From Bugula neritina (lineage: Eukaryota; Animalia; Bryozoa), in the NCBI GenBank assembly GCA_964035545.1, contig OZ037765.1, positions 23,745,504 to 23,809,503 of the forward strand: 64,000 bases of DNA, written 5' to 3'. A model generated the notes under the pieces. It was not told where the DNA came from, did no database searches, and worked only from the letters and a program-made list of their open reading frames with translations. Made by a program: the position numbers and the translations under genes. Of this stretch, positions 25,918-38,878 are shown piece after piece (within the stretch, counting starts at the first letter, position 1; each line of letters begins with the position of its first letter).

Positions 25918-28900
25918 ATGGATGCTGAAGCAAGCAATGCAGACACCCCTGAATCTGATGCTGATCAAGTGGTATGCTGATATGTATTTGTATGAGTAGT
26001 TGCTGTATAATCAAAGGGCAAGAAGAGCATAACCGCAGTCATTTAATTCTAATTTCTGTAGTTGATGGTTGGAAATTATAGAATTCATTCAAGTTGTTAT
26101 ACAAAAAGTGAAACTTCAAGTCTGCAAGTGATGCTTGGGGGGGTTGCACCCTTGTCAAATGCTAGACATTAATATTTGGTTCCTACCAATATGATAGAAC
26201 CTTATCTCCATCATGCACTGAAACTGGTCTAGTTAGCAGCACATTTCCTCTAGCTTTTCGTGGTCATAGAAATGAGAAATTATCTTAGCTGAAATAGAAA
26301 AAACTATAATTATTTTACATTTCTTTCTCATTAGAGCCAGTTAATTTTATCATCACTTTTCCCTTTGCAGCTTCTTTATAAATACTACACCACATTATGG
26401 TGAGCGGTTAGAAAACTTGCTAGTTTAATTTATCTTTTTTACCCTCAGCTTAATGGGAAACCTGTTAAATTTGAAATCAGCTTTGTAAAGCTATTACGTG
26501 CAGGTGATTGTAGCTTAAAAAGTTGGCCGAATTTCAATCTACCTCAAACCTATTCAAAAGTAACTAATGCAATAGATTGCATAAATTTGTTTACACCATG
26601 AGAGTTAATATTTTGCGTAGAGACCAGATGTGCCCTTTTAGGTTTTTCAGTTTATAATTTTCAGATTTAGTGGTTAGTTGAACTTAGAGCACATTTCTTT
26701 TATAGACAGATAATACTTCATCCAACAAATATCCTCTGGAACTTGCAAATAATTTCAGTTCTGCACCTATCTCATGTAGCTGGAACTAAATCGTATAAGG
26801 CTCAACAATTAGCTATATTTATCATTACATAACTGGGGTAGGTTACATAATTTGAACCAATAGGCATGTCCTGTCTGAAAGCTTGTGCTAGTAAATTGGA
26901 TAATTCAACCTCGTGGTTACATTTTCAACCTCTCAAGAAATATGCTGTACTTGTAGAAACTTCACTGATAAATATATTTGCTATTTGAATCAGATTACAA
27001 TGTTAAATTATCTAGCGCTAAATCTGCTTTCTTCTTGGGTTATTTTGCTCTCAGAGACTCATACAGTTTGTGTATTTACTCAAATAATTGTGCATTACTC
27101 AAATAATCAACCCTTTGTAGTCAAAAGCTATGCAATGTAAATAAAACCTTGCTCTAACCACATTGATTCAAAGTCTACTTTCAATACATCGTAAAAGATC
27201 TTTGCTATTTCCTGCTTTGATTGGCTGCAAAACTTCCATGCCAAATCAATTAATAACATAGCTTGGTGTGATATAACTTGAAAAATTATTAGTTTGAATT
27301 TTAACATATTATATATAATATTTCAGCAGCTAATAACCTATTTTATTAGGATCTTTTGTAAACTAAAATTTAACATCAAATTAGCTTACCCTATGATGGT
27401 TGTCATTTGGAATAGGGAAAACTGTCCAGTTGGAATCATGAACTGATAAAAATGCTATCTAAAAAATTGGGAAATTATCATGTTCCAATTCACATGTCGG
27501 CACTGCCTAGCAATTTATCTGTATCGTGAGTGTGGCCCTAACCTGATGTCATAAATCTGTATTCAGCCCACAACAAGAATTGGTAATAAATAGAAATTAT
27601 TTTTTGGTTACATTTAAGTTGGAGTTTAATGTTTTTAATTGCTCAAAACTAAAAAGTAGATTTGAAATAAAATTTAAATGCTAATCTTTAAAAAGATTGA
27701 AGGTACAAACCAAACTAATAGGGGTAACGGGAAGGGGGAGCACAACGGGGAGCACAACGAGTCGATTGTTGAGTTTTTTGCCCTCATTCGTCTGTTTTTT
27801 AAGTTATTAGTTTAATAATATCTAGTCTGAATGCTGCATCTGTTGTCTATTACAGGTATCAGTTTGTTGTTTCTATCTCTCTCACAACTTTCAGAATAAT
27901 GAAATTTTCATGATAAAAAAATCGGCCCATTGTGCCCCGGTACAGGGGTACAATGGGCCACTGGGTGAGACACAACAAATATATTGAAACTTTGTTGATT
28001 TGGTTGCATCGGATCTTAATTTAGTTAATATACACAAATAAATTAAAATAATCTTTCAGATCTACAGCAAAAATCATGTTTTACCTGTACAGTTTGTACC
28101 ACCACAGATAACAAGGAGAGGCAAAATCAAACGCACATTACTCATTTCTACAGTATCATTTTCATTGCTGTTTAGAACTAAAAATGTTTTTTCTATTTCC
28201 ACTTTACATGAACTTTCATTAGAAAAAGCTTTAGTTACATGTACTACAAAATTCCGAGTGGACTTTTTTCTATGAACTGTAGCTTAGGTGCATGGCTGAG
28301 GCTTGTGACTGGAAGGCGGAAGGGAAGGGGGGGGGGAGAAATGTGCAAATCAGAATTTATTTTTGTCAAATACATGTATAATCCCTCAAGGATATAATGT
28401 ATAATGAATATCATGACTATTCATTAGTAGCAACAGCAGAGTGTTTTGCATAATGTACAAAATAGCAAAGCTCTAACCTCACCAAATGTTAATAGGGCTA
28501 TTAAGAGAGCTTCACTTTGTAGTTTGGTAGTCTTACCATGATGTCTTTGATATTTTACAAAAAGGTCAGAAATGGCTATATCTATAGATTTTATTAACAT
28601 TTCATCCAACTTTTGGGCAAACAAACTAATAACAGTGATCAGGGTGCAAGGATCAGGTGGCCCATTGTGCCCGTTGTGGCCAAGTTTAAAATAAATGTGG
28701 CTCAAGGAAAATTTATTTTAGAGTTTGCTGTTATACTAGTTGAGCAATGTAGAGACAAGCAATGGCAACAATATCAGTAAAATCTAGGCTTGCTACCTTT
28801 GAGTGTCAAAAGTTATAAAGCTTTAACGGCATCTTAAAAAATTTACAAAAAGTAGGTAAAAACAATTTTCAACTGGCCTCTTCAACAATGGCTGAAAAAT

Positions 28901-31900
28901 TATGTTAATACCTTTTTATTAAAAAAAATCACAACTCTAAGTCAATAAGTTTTCTCACAATTTTTAGGGCGAATTTTTGTACCCCTATGACCGTTGTGCC
29001 CTACTGCCTAGAAGTTCTAATGAAATTAGAAACAATGTGAGACATCAGAACTGAAAATGAAGTATTTTTAGAATTGAAACTGCAGTTTGAATTGGGTTTT
29101 GAATTGAGACATTTATATAAAATGAAAACCTGCACTACTTACCTTCAGCTTCTTAAGTTGAATTGAATGTATGATGGTACTTATTTCTAATGCATTGCCT
29201 CTTATTGGTATAAACTTAAAATTGACTCACAGCCATAATAGAACATTTTCAAGAATTTCAATACCCGTGTATCATAATAAATCTGCTTAGTATAAGTAAA
29301 TATTGATGACAGATTTTCAAGTTATTGGTACTAATGTCTTTCGTGTTGAAATAGATATTTTAAAAGCTATTGATAAATGTAAATGGTTTGTAGACCTACA
29401 ATTCCCATAGTTGTACATACATCAATAATATAGAAATTCGTTAAAACACTTCAGAATTTTTCTAGTGGCTCTTGTAGAACTATAAACATTTTTGTTTGGT
29501 TATTGGCAGGGTGTTGTAGAAGAGGACTTTTCAAACATAAATAATGAAGAATTTAGTAGCTTAATAGAATGTGGCTGCTGTTTCGGTGAGTCAGACATTG
29601 AAGAAATGGTGCAATGTGGTGATGGACATCTGTTCTGCATGGAGTGTCTTCGTAGATATGCAGATGAGGCAATTCACGGACAAGGAAAGGTGTGTTAATC
29701 GCCAAAAATATTTTATTCACTGTAAAATTAGCTTTTAGCTTCTAACATTTGGAATTTTGGAAAACCCTGTTCACAGGAAACACAAAACATGATACAAATA
29801 ATTGGTCTAAAATTATTATCTGCTTTGTTCTGTTTTGCTGTATAAACCATTTTCCAATGTCCTTATTACTCAATTTATAATACCTCGTACTCTGTACCAG
29901 TTGTAAAAATGAAAACTAAAAATGAAAAAAGTGGAATTTTGCTTCTCCAATGGGATTTCCAAAAATCTTCAGCACGAAACTCATCAACAACCTCGAGCAA
30001 TTGAAACCCAACTAGTACCTCTCGCATAAAATATAATTTTTAAAGTAAAGCAGTTTATCATTTGCAGTTTGTAGAAGTATATTATGTATGCTATATGTAT
30101 ATATGTATACTATATGCATGAGTGACTCTTCTATGTTTGGGTCTTCATGAATATTCATGTAATGCTTTGGATTAGCCAAAACCTACTTACTTATACTATG
30201 TTATTAGAAAATCAAAAGCACCATTTGAAAATGTGACCCACTAAGCCACTATAATAAGAAACTACATTTTAAATTATTGTTTGTTAGAATGCTTTTGTAG
30301 TTGACTGCTTTTGCTGCTAGTTTGATGATGACTTTTATCAGACTAGGACTGAAAAGCTAGCTGATAATTTTTAAACCAATAATTGTTGAGTTTTCAATTC
30401 ATGTAAAGCTTCAGAATGCCTTGTTTTATTCTAATCCCCTCCCTCAAGTCTTTTAATGTTTCCCGGTTGCAGCGTCAAGTCTAGTATTTATTCACATTCC
30501 TGGTGGTAGTTGAATAGCTGCATTTCTTGTCTAATTGGTGTATGTTGGGGTGCAGGTCAGCTGGCCAGAGCTCTGACCGAAGAACTGATGCTAAAGTTTG
30601 ATGAGAGAGTTCAAGAAGAGTCACTGAACATGGCGAACCTGACAAATCTGGCACGCTGCCCAGATTGCAACTATGCTGCTGAGATAGATGACGAAAATCA
30701 GAAAGTAACTGCATAAGTGATACATAGTTCAACATTTGTTTGTAAATAAGCTACCAAAATTATAAATGTGTGTGAATAGTTGTTATACTCGTTTCAGTGT
30801 TGAGCAATCGTACGCGTGCTCATTGTAGCTCTGCTTTTTCACTATCCTTAACTATGCATCATGCATCTTGTAACGAATAACTATGTATTATAATTGCTGT
30901 GGCTACTAGCTATACATTATAATATTGTAATTTTTACCATGCACATAAACATGTACTTACTGTAGTTCTGTTTTATTCTGTACCCTGCAGTATTTGTTAT
31001 TTTAGGTGTTTGCCTGCCCTCAATGCACCAAAGTTTCCTGTAGATACTGCCAAGTAGATTGGAGTGAGCACGAAGGACTTACATGTGCTCAAGTTGAAAA
31101 GAAAGATGAAACTTCCATTCGTACTAAATAGTAAGATATCTGCTAGTCGCAATATATTACTAGTGTGTTTGCTATTCTTATGGTTAAAAATATTGTTTTA
31201 TTTTTTGGCATGCTAATGTAAAATATTGATATAAGTTATGATAGTTGCCATAGCTCCAGCTTTAAACATCCCTTTAATGATTCTTCAGAAGGAAATGAAA
31301 AAGCTATTATCATTTTGTTTTTTTTGGTGTAAGCTTGGTATAATGTTTATTTTCGTTTACTTTACCACGGCCCACTAACTTTGTTAAAAAATAGTTTAAT
31401 TGGATCCATGGCTCTAGACCATGTTCTCGTCATATTGTAAGAACTAAGGCACATTGAATGCATTTGTTATGAAGAGTAATAAAATGTTACTGCTTGTAAT
31501 GGCTGAAATGGTAGAAGTTGACTCTGGGACCCATTTCTTTTCTTAAGCAACTTGTAGAAGTGGGCTTGTCAAAGCACAAACTGGTCTCATCTATAACTTC
31601 ATCTTGTAGTTTCATCAGAAAGTAGTTTGTAGCCTGCTATCTGTCAATGAATGGTGGCAAAAATTTGTACTGATGCATTCTTATCAGCGTGCAAGAAAGT
31701 AGTCTCCAAAAAAATCATAACGATATTGTTTTAGGCCAGCAATGCAACTGTAGATATTATAAACAGGCATCTTAACAAGTCAATTTCAATGCTCTTTTAT
31801 TCAGTGAAGAATTGATGACAGAGGCCAGGGTTAGGCATTGCCCTCAATGCAAAGCACCACTACTAAAAGATGGGGGGTGTAACAGAGTAACGTGTAGATG

Positions 31901-34900
31901 CGGCAAAACCATCTGCTATATATGCCGTAAGCCTGATGTATGTCTGAATTATTGTTTTTAATAAGAAATTGAGCTTTCTTGAATCTATAAACTGATTTAG
32001 AACCCATGTTGAGTTTAATAGTTTTATACTCCAGGTATAATTTAGAAATGTCTTTTAGATAAAATATGATCATTTCTGCCAACATGTTGGCCCTCATAAA
32101 AATGGTTGCAAATCTTGTGCAAAGTGTTCTCTGTGGACTGATGCAGAAGCTGATGATAGACAGATTATTAAACAACTCAAACAGCAAGGCAAAATTGAGC
32201 GAAACCAGAAAGGTCAGTATGTGTTTTTCTTACAATGAACATGATTCATGCTTTGTAATTTACTTACTCAAAAGTAGTAGCATTTTTATTTTTACAGGTT
32301 TGTGTTTGTCTTCAGCATATGTCTTCAATTTCTGGTGTTATTTATAGATTATTAACTTAATTTTAAAGTTTTTCATAGCTGAATCAACATTAGATTTTGA
32401 AGCGGCTAAGAAAATCTCTGTACTTTTGAAAGATAAACTTCATTTATTTGTCATTAGGTTTTCTGGATAATAAAGTGATTGGGGCACCTGAACACAAACA
32501 AAAGGCTCGACATGATTTCAGAGCTAGAAGACAAGACCTGATAAACATGCCCCAAGCTTATATGGCCAACGATATGTGGCATAACCGTGCACCATATAAT
32601 TACCCTCCAATGCCTGTTGGGCAACAGCCTGTACTATGTGCACCTCTTTTTCAACCTCTAGCTTTACCTCTCCGGCTAAATCTGCCACCTGACAATCCAT
32701 ATCTATGGGCAGAAAATCACCTTGGTCCTCCACCTGTACCACAAGAGCATCATGATCAAGGACATGGCCAGGAGCAAGCAGGTCTGCAGCAACCAAATGC
32801 TCAACTTTCTACTTGGAGAAAGCGTAGGGTACAGTATCAAAACAATCAAGAACTGCAAGTACCTTCTCAACCTAAATCCGTAAAGTATCAGGAGTCTGTA
32901 AAAGAGCATCAAAGGCTGCCAGCTGCACCAAAAAATCCACATCAAAACCATCAGCAGAATCGTCTCCCTTATGACCCTCAAGCAGCATCTGAACCTGGAC
33001 CATCTGGGTTACAACAAAGATCTGCAGATGCAAACCTGAAATCGCTTTTTAAAGTAATGGATGAACACAACAATGTACTTCTACATAAAAAATCTGCTAA
33101 GAAAACACCTGCTGAGAATCACAATCATTCTGATAAACTGCTGGCAGAACATCAAAATATTCGGCGTGCAATCATGCTAGAGCAGCAGTTGAAGGATAGA
33201 AAACGAAGACAAGCACGTGCATCAGGTTTACAAACTTCAATTCCTTCTTCTGCTTCTAGTCAGCATAAAGATGTTTCTTTGCCTATTCCAGGAGCTATTG
33301 CTCCATTAGCTCATGCTTCTTCTATGCATAAACCAAACCAAGATTTAACAAATGCATCTAAAAGAAGCACATACAAATCTAAAACATTAGCAGTTAAGAA
33401 AGTTCCATCAATATCACCATCCACAGAACTGGCATCAAAATTGGTAGCTGCAGTCCAAGAGACTCCATCAACATCAACATGTCCATTGTCAGCCGTGGCC
33501 AAAGAATACCCGTCAACATCCACTGCAAGAAGACATTCGTCAGCCTCATCTAGGTTACCCACATCTAATTCTAGTAAAACTAAAATCAAAGAGAAAATAT
33601 CAAAAGTAAAATCTGCATCAACTCCTGCTTCAGCTGCCATAAAATGGGACCCCATTTCAATTACTCCATTAAACTTATCTCATAACTCTAACTGTAAATC
33701 TCATTTGCCATCTAGAAGTAAGTCATTGGCACCAGTTGAAATCAAATCTCCTGAAACAAAGGATGAAAATGTTACCATCGATTTAACTACTGGTGAGTAA
33801 ATAAAGATCATATCAAATACTGACATACTGTTACTGCTCAACAATATTATGTCAGTAGCTTTTTGCTGAGAGTCACTAAATATGAACAATGTGATTTATT
33901 ATACTTCGCTGGTGCTAGAAGTTGTTCATAGTTGGCTAACTAATATATTAAACAAGTTATATTGGCACATTAATATCCCAGTTCTTATCAATGCAATCAA
34001 CCATTAATTTCAATATTTTTCTTCGTTTATGTCATAGCCTAGAGTAATATCTAAAATATGGATCTAATAGGTACTAAAAGTTTTTTAGGAAAGTTTTTTT
34101 CAGCTGCAAATTATGTGCAGCTGCATAATTTAAAAGGGATAAAGTGCATAGTTGATGAAAGTAACTTTTTTACATACAGAGTCGCAAATAGGTAAATGCT
34201 TTCAATGAAAATATGGCATGGATATAACGTATTGTGAAACATTTTTTAAAGAACCAATACAACTGTCGGACAACGTTACTTAAAGTATTGTGTAGTAAAG
34301 AAATTTAGCCTTTATTAAATATATTGATTTACATTTCAACCATAATAATGACTCTGTAACTTTATGTTTTTTTCTTTGAGGAAACAAGTAAATTGAGGAT
34401 TGCATTTCAATAGACATCGCCTGTTATCTGCCGTTTGGCTTTCAGTCCCACTGTGGATAAAAATTTTCATCAAAAGAGCATTTGCTAACTATGTATACCT
34501 ATTTTATAATACATTCTCTGCTTCCTACACTTTTTTGTTCTGAAGTGTGATAATTTTCTATATATTTCAAAATGATTTCTAACTTCTTATATATTCTATT
34601 TTAGATTTTGTTACACCAAATGCAAAGGTTCAGCACGGCAAAGCTCTGATTAGCAATTTCCAATTCAGCGATAGTGATGATAATGAAGATTTACTTTTCA
34701 ATGATGTCAGTATATACAAATCGAAACCCTAGCTTGTATTTGGTGATTGATCCTAAAACATATCTTTTATGATACATATTCTTTTGAAAATAGAGTACAA
34801 TTAAAAATATTAGTTTGTTATATAATCTCGTTTTATAATTTTATTTTATTTCAACAAAATTTTGAAAGCTAATGAAACTGCTAATCAACAACTTTGGATA

Positions 34901-35123
34901 TTGTTTGCAGATAAATTTGCAGCCCCCAGACTTAGCAGCAGAACTTGATAGAGAAGAAGAGGCTTTAAAAATAGAGGAAAAAGATCTTCTTCAGCATTTA
35001 CAAAATTCTTTTGACAAAAAGTTGGACGCATTAATGGAAGCAACCAATAGCAAATGTATAGACATAAGCCGTTACATTGCAGATAAGCAGCAACTTATAC
35101 AACAAAAACGAAAAATCTTGTGA
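25918..35123 (+). CDS. RNF216: RNF216/TRIAD3-like RBR E3 ubiquitin ligase with long C-terminal extension (~830 aa if the 30510 acceptor is used)
   Basis: Exons 25918-25971 (tentative start), 29510-29689, 30510(or 30556)-30704, 31006-31130, 31805-31937, 32059-32212, 32458-33792, 34605-34705 and 34911-35123. RING1 LIECGCCFGE..QCGDGHLFCMECL; IBR RCPDC..FACPQC..CRYC..EHEGLTC; RING2 CPQC..DGGCNRVTCRCGKTICYIC; RNF216-type YDHFCQH..CKSCAKCSLWTD. Confidence 0.9.
27719..29010. mobile_element. Degraded non-autonomous DNA transposon (TA-flanked GGGG-type ends, Tc1/mariner/pogo-like)
   Basis: Left TAGGGG..GCACAACGG, right CCGTTGTGCCC..CCTA. Internal repeats GGCCCATTGTGCCC (27924, 28659) and palindromic GGCCCATTGTGCCCC-GGTACA-GGGGTACAATGGGCC. 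Confidence 0.6.
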
Positions 35124-36020
35124 ACTCTTTTTAAATGCATAATTAATCATAAATGCTACTCATTCATGTCTTTTTCTCCTTTCTCATCTGCTGGTGCTCA
35201 TTATGTTGTGCAAAAGTTTCTTTAATAAGTTTTCAAATATTTTTTGTATGTTTACAGGAAATATAATATAGTTGGAAATACTTCAATAGCTTGCTATTTA
35301 AACTATACCTGCTCAAAATAATAGTTGGATAATCTCTATTGTTAGTTAGATATTAATAGCATTGCCTTAGCCTTTATATGAACTACCTCTAACTTTTTTG
35401 GTAACCGATTGCTTTATGGTCAGGTTTTTTAGTTATGAGTAAACTATTGTGTTGCTACTACCTTCATAGTTCACATATGCTAGTTCACAATTTTCAAGTA
35501 GAAGACGTTGTTCCTAACTGTCTCACAAATGCTTTTCAATCAACTAACAGCATTTTAACAGGACCCACGTGGAACCCTTCAGTTCCTACTAACGCATTCT
35601 TTCAATGCTCAAATCAGGGCATAGCCATTACTTTAAATAGTCTTTACCTGCTTGCATAGTAACAAAGCTGAATTTCATCGAACACCGTTGAACTTTTTTA
35701 GTGCTTTTCTTTTTGCAACTAACTGCAATATTAGCCTACTCTCAGAACTTTCCAGTCTAGTTTTAGTCACTTTATTATACTGTTTTCTATTTTGAATACA
35801 TGTGATATATCTTTATATTAATCTTATTTTTTCCATAGTATGTATACTTGCGCGGTGCTTTATCAAAAAGTATAAGATTACTGCAATATAAATATTTTGG
35901 ACGCTATTTTATTATGGCTACTTCACATCTCCGCGTGATATTTAATTTTTATATACGGAGTTATCCTGTGTAAGATTAATGAGTAAATGGTTGCGTACCA
36001 ATTCAATTGCCCTATTTATT

Positions 36021-36779
36021 CACTGCGTTTCCATTATCGCATTATGCGAATGGATTTTCTCATTCGCCCTATGGAAACAGTTGCATCGAAGCAAAACCGC
36101 AGCCGGAAATTACACCGAACGGCTCCTTCGATGAAAATTTTCCTTCGCATTATGCGCATCATGGAAATGGTTCCTTCGGTTAAATCGAATGAAACCTTTT
36201 GTGCCGGAGGCAGAGATCAGCATTTGTGGCGGCTAGTTACATAGTTACGCGATGCTAACAATAATAATTATAGGTTACAACCTTCGCTAAAGTGTACTTC
36301 GACTTTTAAAAATTTAAATTATTTTGTTTATCCTAGCTGCTATTATTTAAAATAATTACTAATCATCCTAAATTTGTAAAACTATTCTGCAAGCCAAAGC
36401 TTTCTCAAGCTAAAAAAAAGTTGACAGCTATTTTCATTTTGAAAATTTAAATTACTTTTAGTTTTAAGCTTTTGTTTTTCGATCAAGAAATACGTTATGC
36501 TTTCATTGATTTATGGTTTTTTTATTTTAAATAAACTGACTCAAAGTTTGTGCATTTAGTTGATTCAATCTATCAAAAATATGGACAGGAATAAAAAATT
36601 GTCGTTGTGCATGAACTCAAACTCAAAGTTGGCCATATTAATTATCATTTTAGTTCAGCCGTCACAGTTGCAAAGAGAAGATAACTTCGTACGGATTGCA
36701 TAGGAACGTGTGGTTTTTCCTTCGATGTAATCCGTACGGGCATCCGTACGCATTCATTCGCCTTCATGGAAACGCAGTG
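36021..36779. mobile_element. Non-autonomous DNA transposon with CACTG ends (CMC/EnSpm- or PIF/Harbinger-like)
   Basis: Perfect 14-bp TIR CACTGCGTTTCCAT / ATGGAAACGCAGTG, 3-bp TSD ATT (36018-36020, 36780-36782), CpG-rich subterminal repeats. Confidence 0.88.
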
Positions 36780-37069
36780 ATTGGGGGACACTGATCTCTG
36801 CCACCAAGGTTATGTCATTGCCTTTTCCTAATGAACAGCGCAAAGCTTGGGGTCACTAAGTGCAATTTGCATACACATTGCCATATGCACTACGAACCCC
36901 TGAAACGAGTAGCTTCAGGGTCTGTGCTGCAATAAATGGTTGTCGCATAGTATACTGGTTATGTAATATAGAGTTAATAATATTGTCCTTCAACTTTTGG
37001 TCTAATATTCAGGCTCAGTCTGATAATACTGCACTGTCACTATGCTAATGCAATTTTGAATTTAGTATA

Positions 37070-37460
37070 ATTTCTTAATTTAGTAGTAGTACGACAGTCA
37101 CAGTGAAGCTAGAAAATGAATGTCAAACACTATCAGTATCAGTATGACTTATACGTATAGTTATTAATATTAGTATCAGTATGAGTATGACTATGACTAT
37201 TACTATTATTACTATTAGTATTACTATTAGTATTAGTATCAGAAAATGAGTATCACTCTGAATCTATTATAATTATTAGAAATGACACATTCTGATTCTA
37301 CTTACCTATTAATTAATAATATTACTATTATACTAAGAGTAAGTGCATCAGTACATAGGTGATGCAGTTTTTCTTTTTATTATACTTATAGTTAATATGT
37401 ATTAGTAGCATTTGCATCTTTAATATTCTAGTAGTTAGACTTAGAGTAGCAATTTAAACA
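37070..37460. repeat. Promoter-flanking 3/6-periodic low-complexity tract (upstream of glutaredoxin CDS)
   Basis: ACTATTATTACTATTAGTATTACTATTAGT, AGTATCACTCTGAATCTAT, TTATACTTATAGTTA, TTAGACTTAGAGT. Confidence 0.75.
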
Positions 37461-38163
37461 GTCTGACACAGCTTAGCAGCCTGTAATGAGGTCAAACATA
37501 AATTACGATTTGTATTACTATTAGTTAGCTCCTAGACAATACACAACTTGAAGTTGATAGTCACTGTCAGTACTACCTGCTCTAATTCCAATGATGACAG
37601 AGACAATTAAAACAACAAACAATGAGAGACCATCTGTTACGCTATTATTATGGTTTTACATCTATGCAGGACTAACTAAACAATATGACACTCATAAGCA
37701 TAGCTATGCATTGCTGCTTCAAATATTATTATTGGATGAAAACTTAATTAGATAAAGCTTAATTAGATAAAAATTACTTAAAATAGTTATAATAATTTTA
37801 AGTAATGTTGTTATACCTAGAATAATTATTCACTCGCTTGGCTTTATGATATTAAATGTAAAGCATCAATTGATTACCTTATTCTTGTAGAAGTTGCTGC
37901 AGGAACAGGTATTCTGGGGTTGTGTGGTTTGTCAATCTGCATCTCACTTTTCAGCCGCACTCTTCTTTTCTAATCTATAACTTCTCATCTACTTCTTCTC
38001 AGTCAGTGGATATATATACTGAGCAACAAATATGAATTTTAGTATCACGTTTTATAAGCAGGTAGCTAGCTATAGGCAGCAATGTAATATGTTGTGTAAA
38101 AGTCCTAGTCCATTATTGCACGTCTGTTTTTGTTACCTTTTGTAGTTAGACTTTACGTTGAAG

Positions 38164-38878
38164 ATGGGTTTAAGCTTCTCTAATAGTTCTGGGGCTACTG
38201 AAGCTGAACATAAGTGGATTGATGAAAAGTTAAAAGAACAGAAAGTTGTCATCTTTTCAAAAACTACATGTCCATACTGTAATCGAGCTAAAAAAATGCT
38301 GGACAATAATCAAATATCTTATAAAAGTTATGAATTAAACCAGATGGATAATTGTTCGCAGATTCAAGACGCTTTGCAAGGAATAACTGGTGCAAGAACT
38401 GTAAGAGATGATGGCTAATTTTGTATATTTCACATTATTTAATTCTCTCATTTTCTGGCACCTTCCATTATAATTTGTTCATGATTTAAAACAGACCTAT
38501 TTTTAGAATGCAAGTTTTAATATAAAAAGAGACATTGATTTTTATTTAGTGTAGACCTATTCATATAAACTTACTGCAGGTAATCATGTTGAAGTAGAAG
38601 CTAGGATTCCTATTTTGAGTGATATTAATTCAGTTATGAATTTAAATCTAATTCTGTTGCACATTTAGAGCCTATAATATTTTGAGACTATAAATATAGT
38701 GAATTGTCATACCTGGTGCGTAAATTATATATGATTGGGCTTTTAAATTTTTTTCAATTGTTTTGTTTTTATATTATAGGTACCGAGAGTTTTTATCAAT
38801 GGTAAAAGTATTGGAGGCTGTGATGATTTGATGCGGATGCAATCCAGTGGAGAATTAGCTAAAAAACTAATGGAATAA
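38164..38878 (+). CDS. GLRX: Dithiol glutaredoxin (GLRX1/GLRX2 class), 111 aa
   Basis: Exons 38164-38400 and 38780-38878: VVIFSKTTCPYC, TGART|VPRVFINGKSIGGCDDL. Confidence 0.96.

Noticed and set aside
32524-33889. Antisense ORFs over the large RNF216-like exon
   Set aside because: Shadows of the coding strand with no recognisable motifs.
35435-36244. Short ORFs between RNF216-like and glutaredoxin
   Set aside because: No recognisable homology or exon chain; 35987-36244 lies mostly inside the TIR element.
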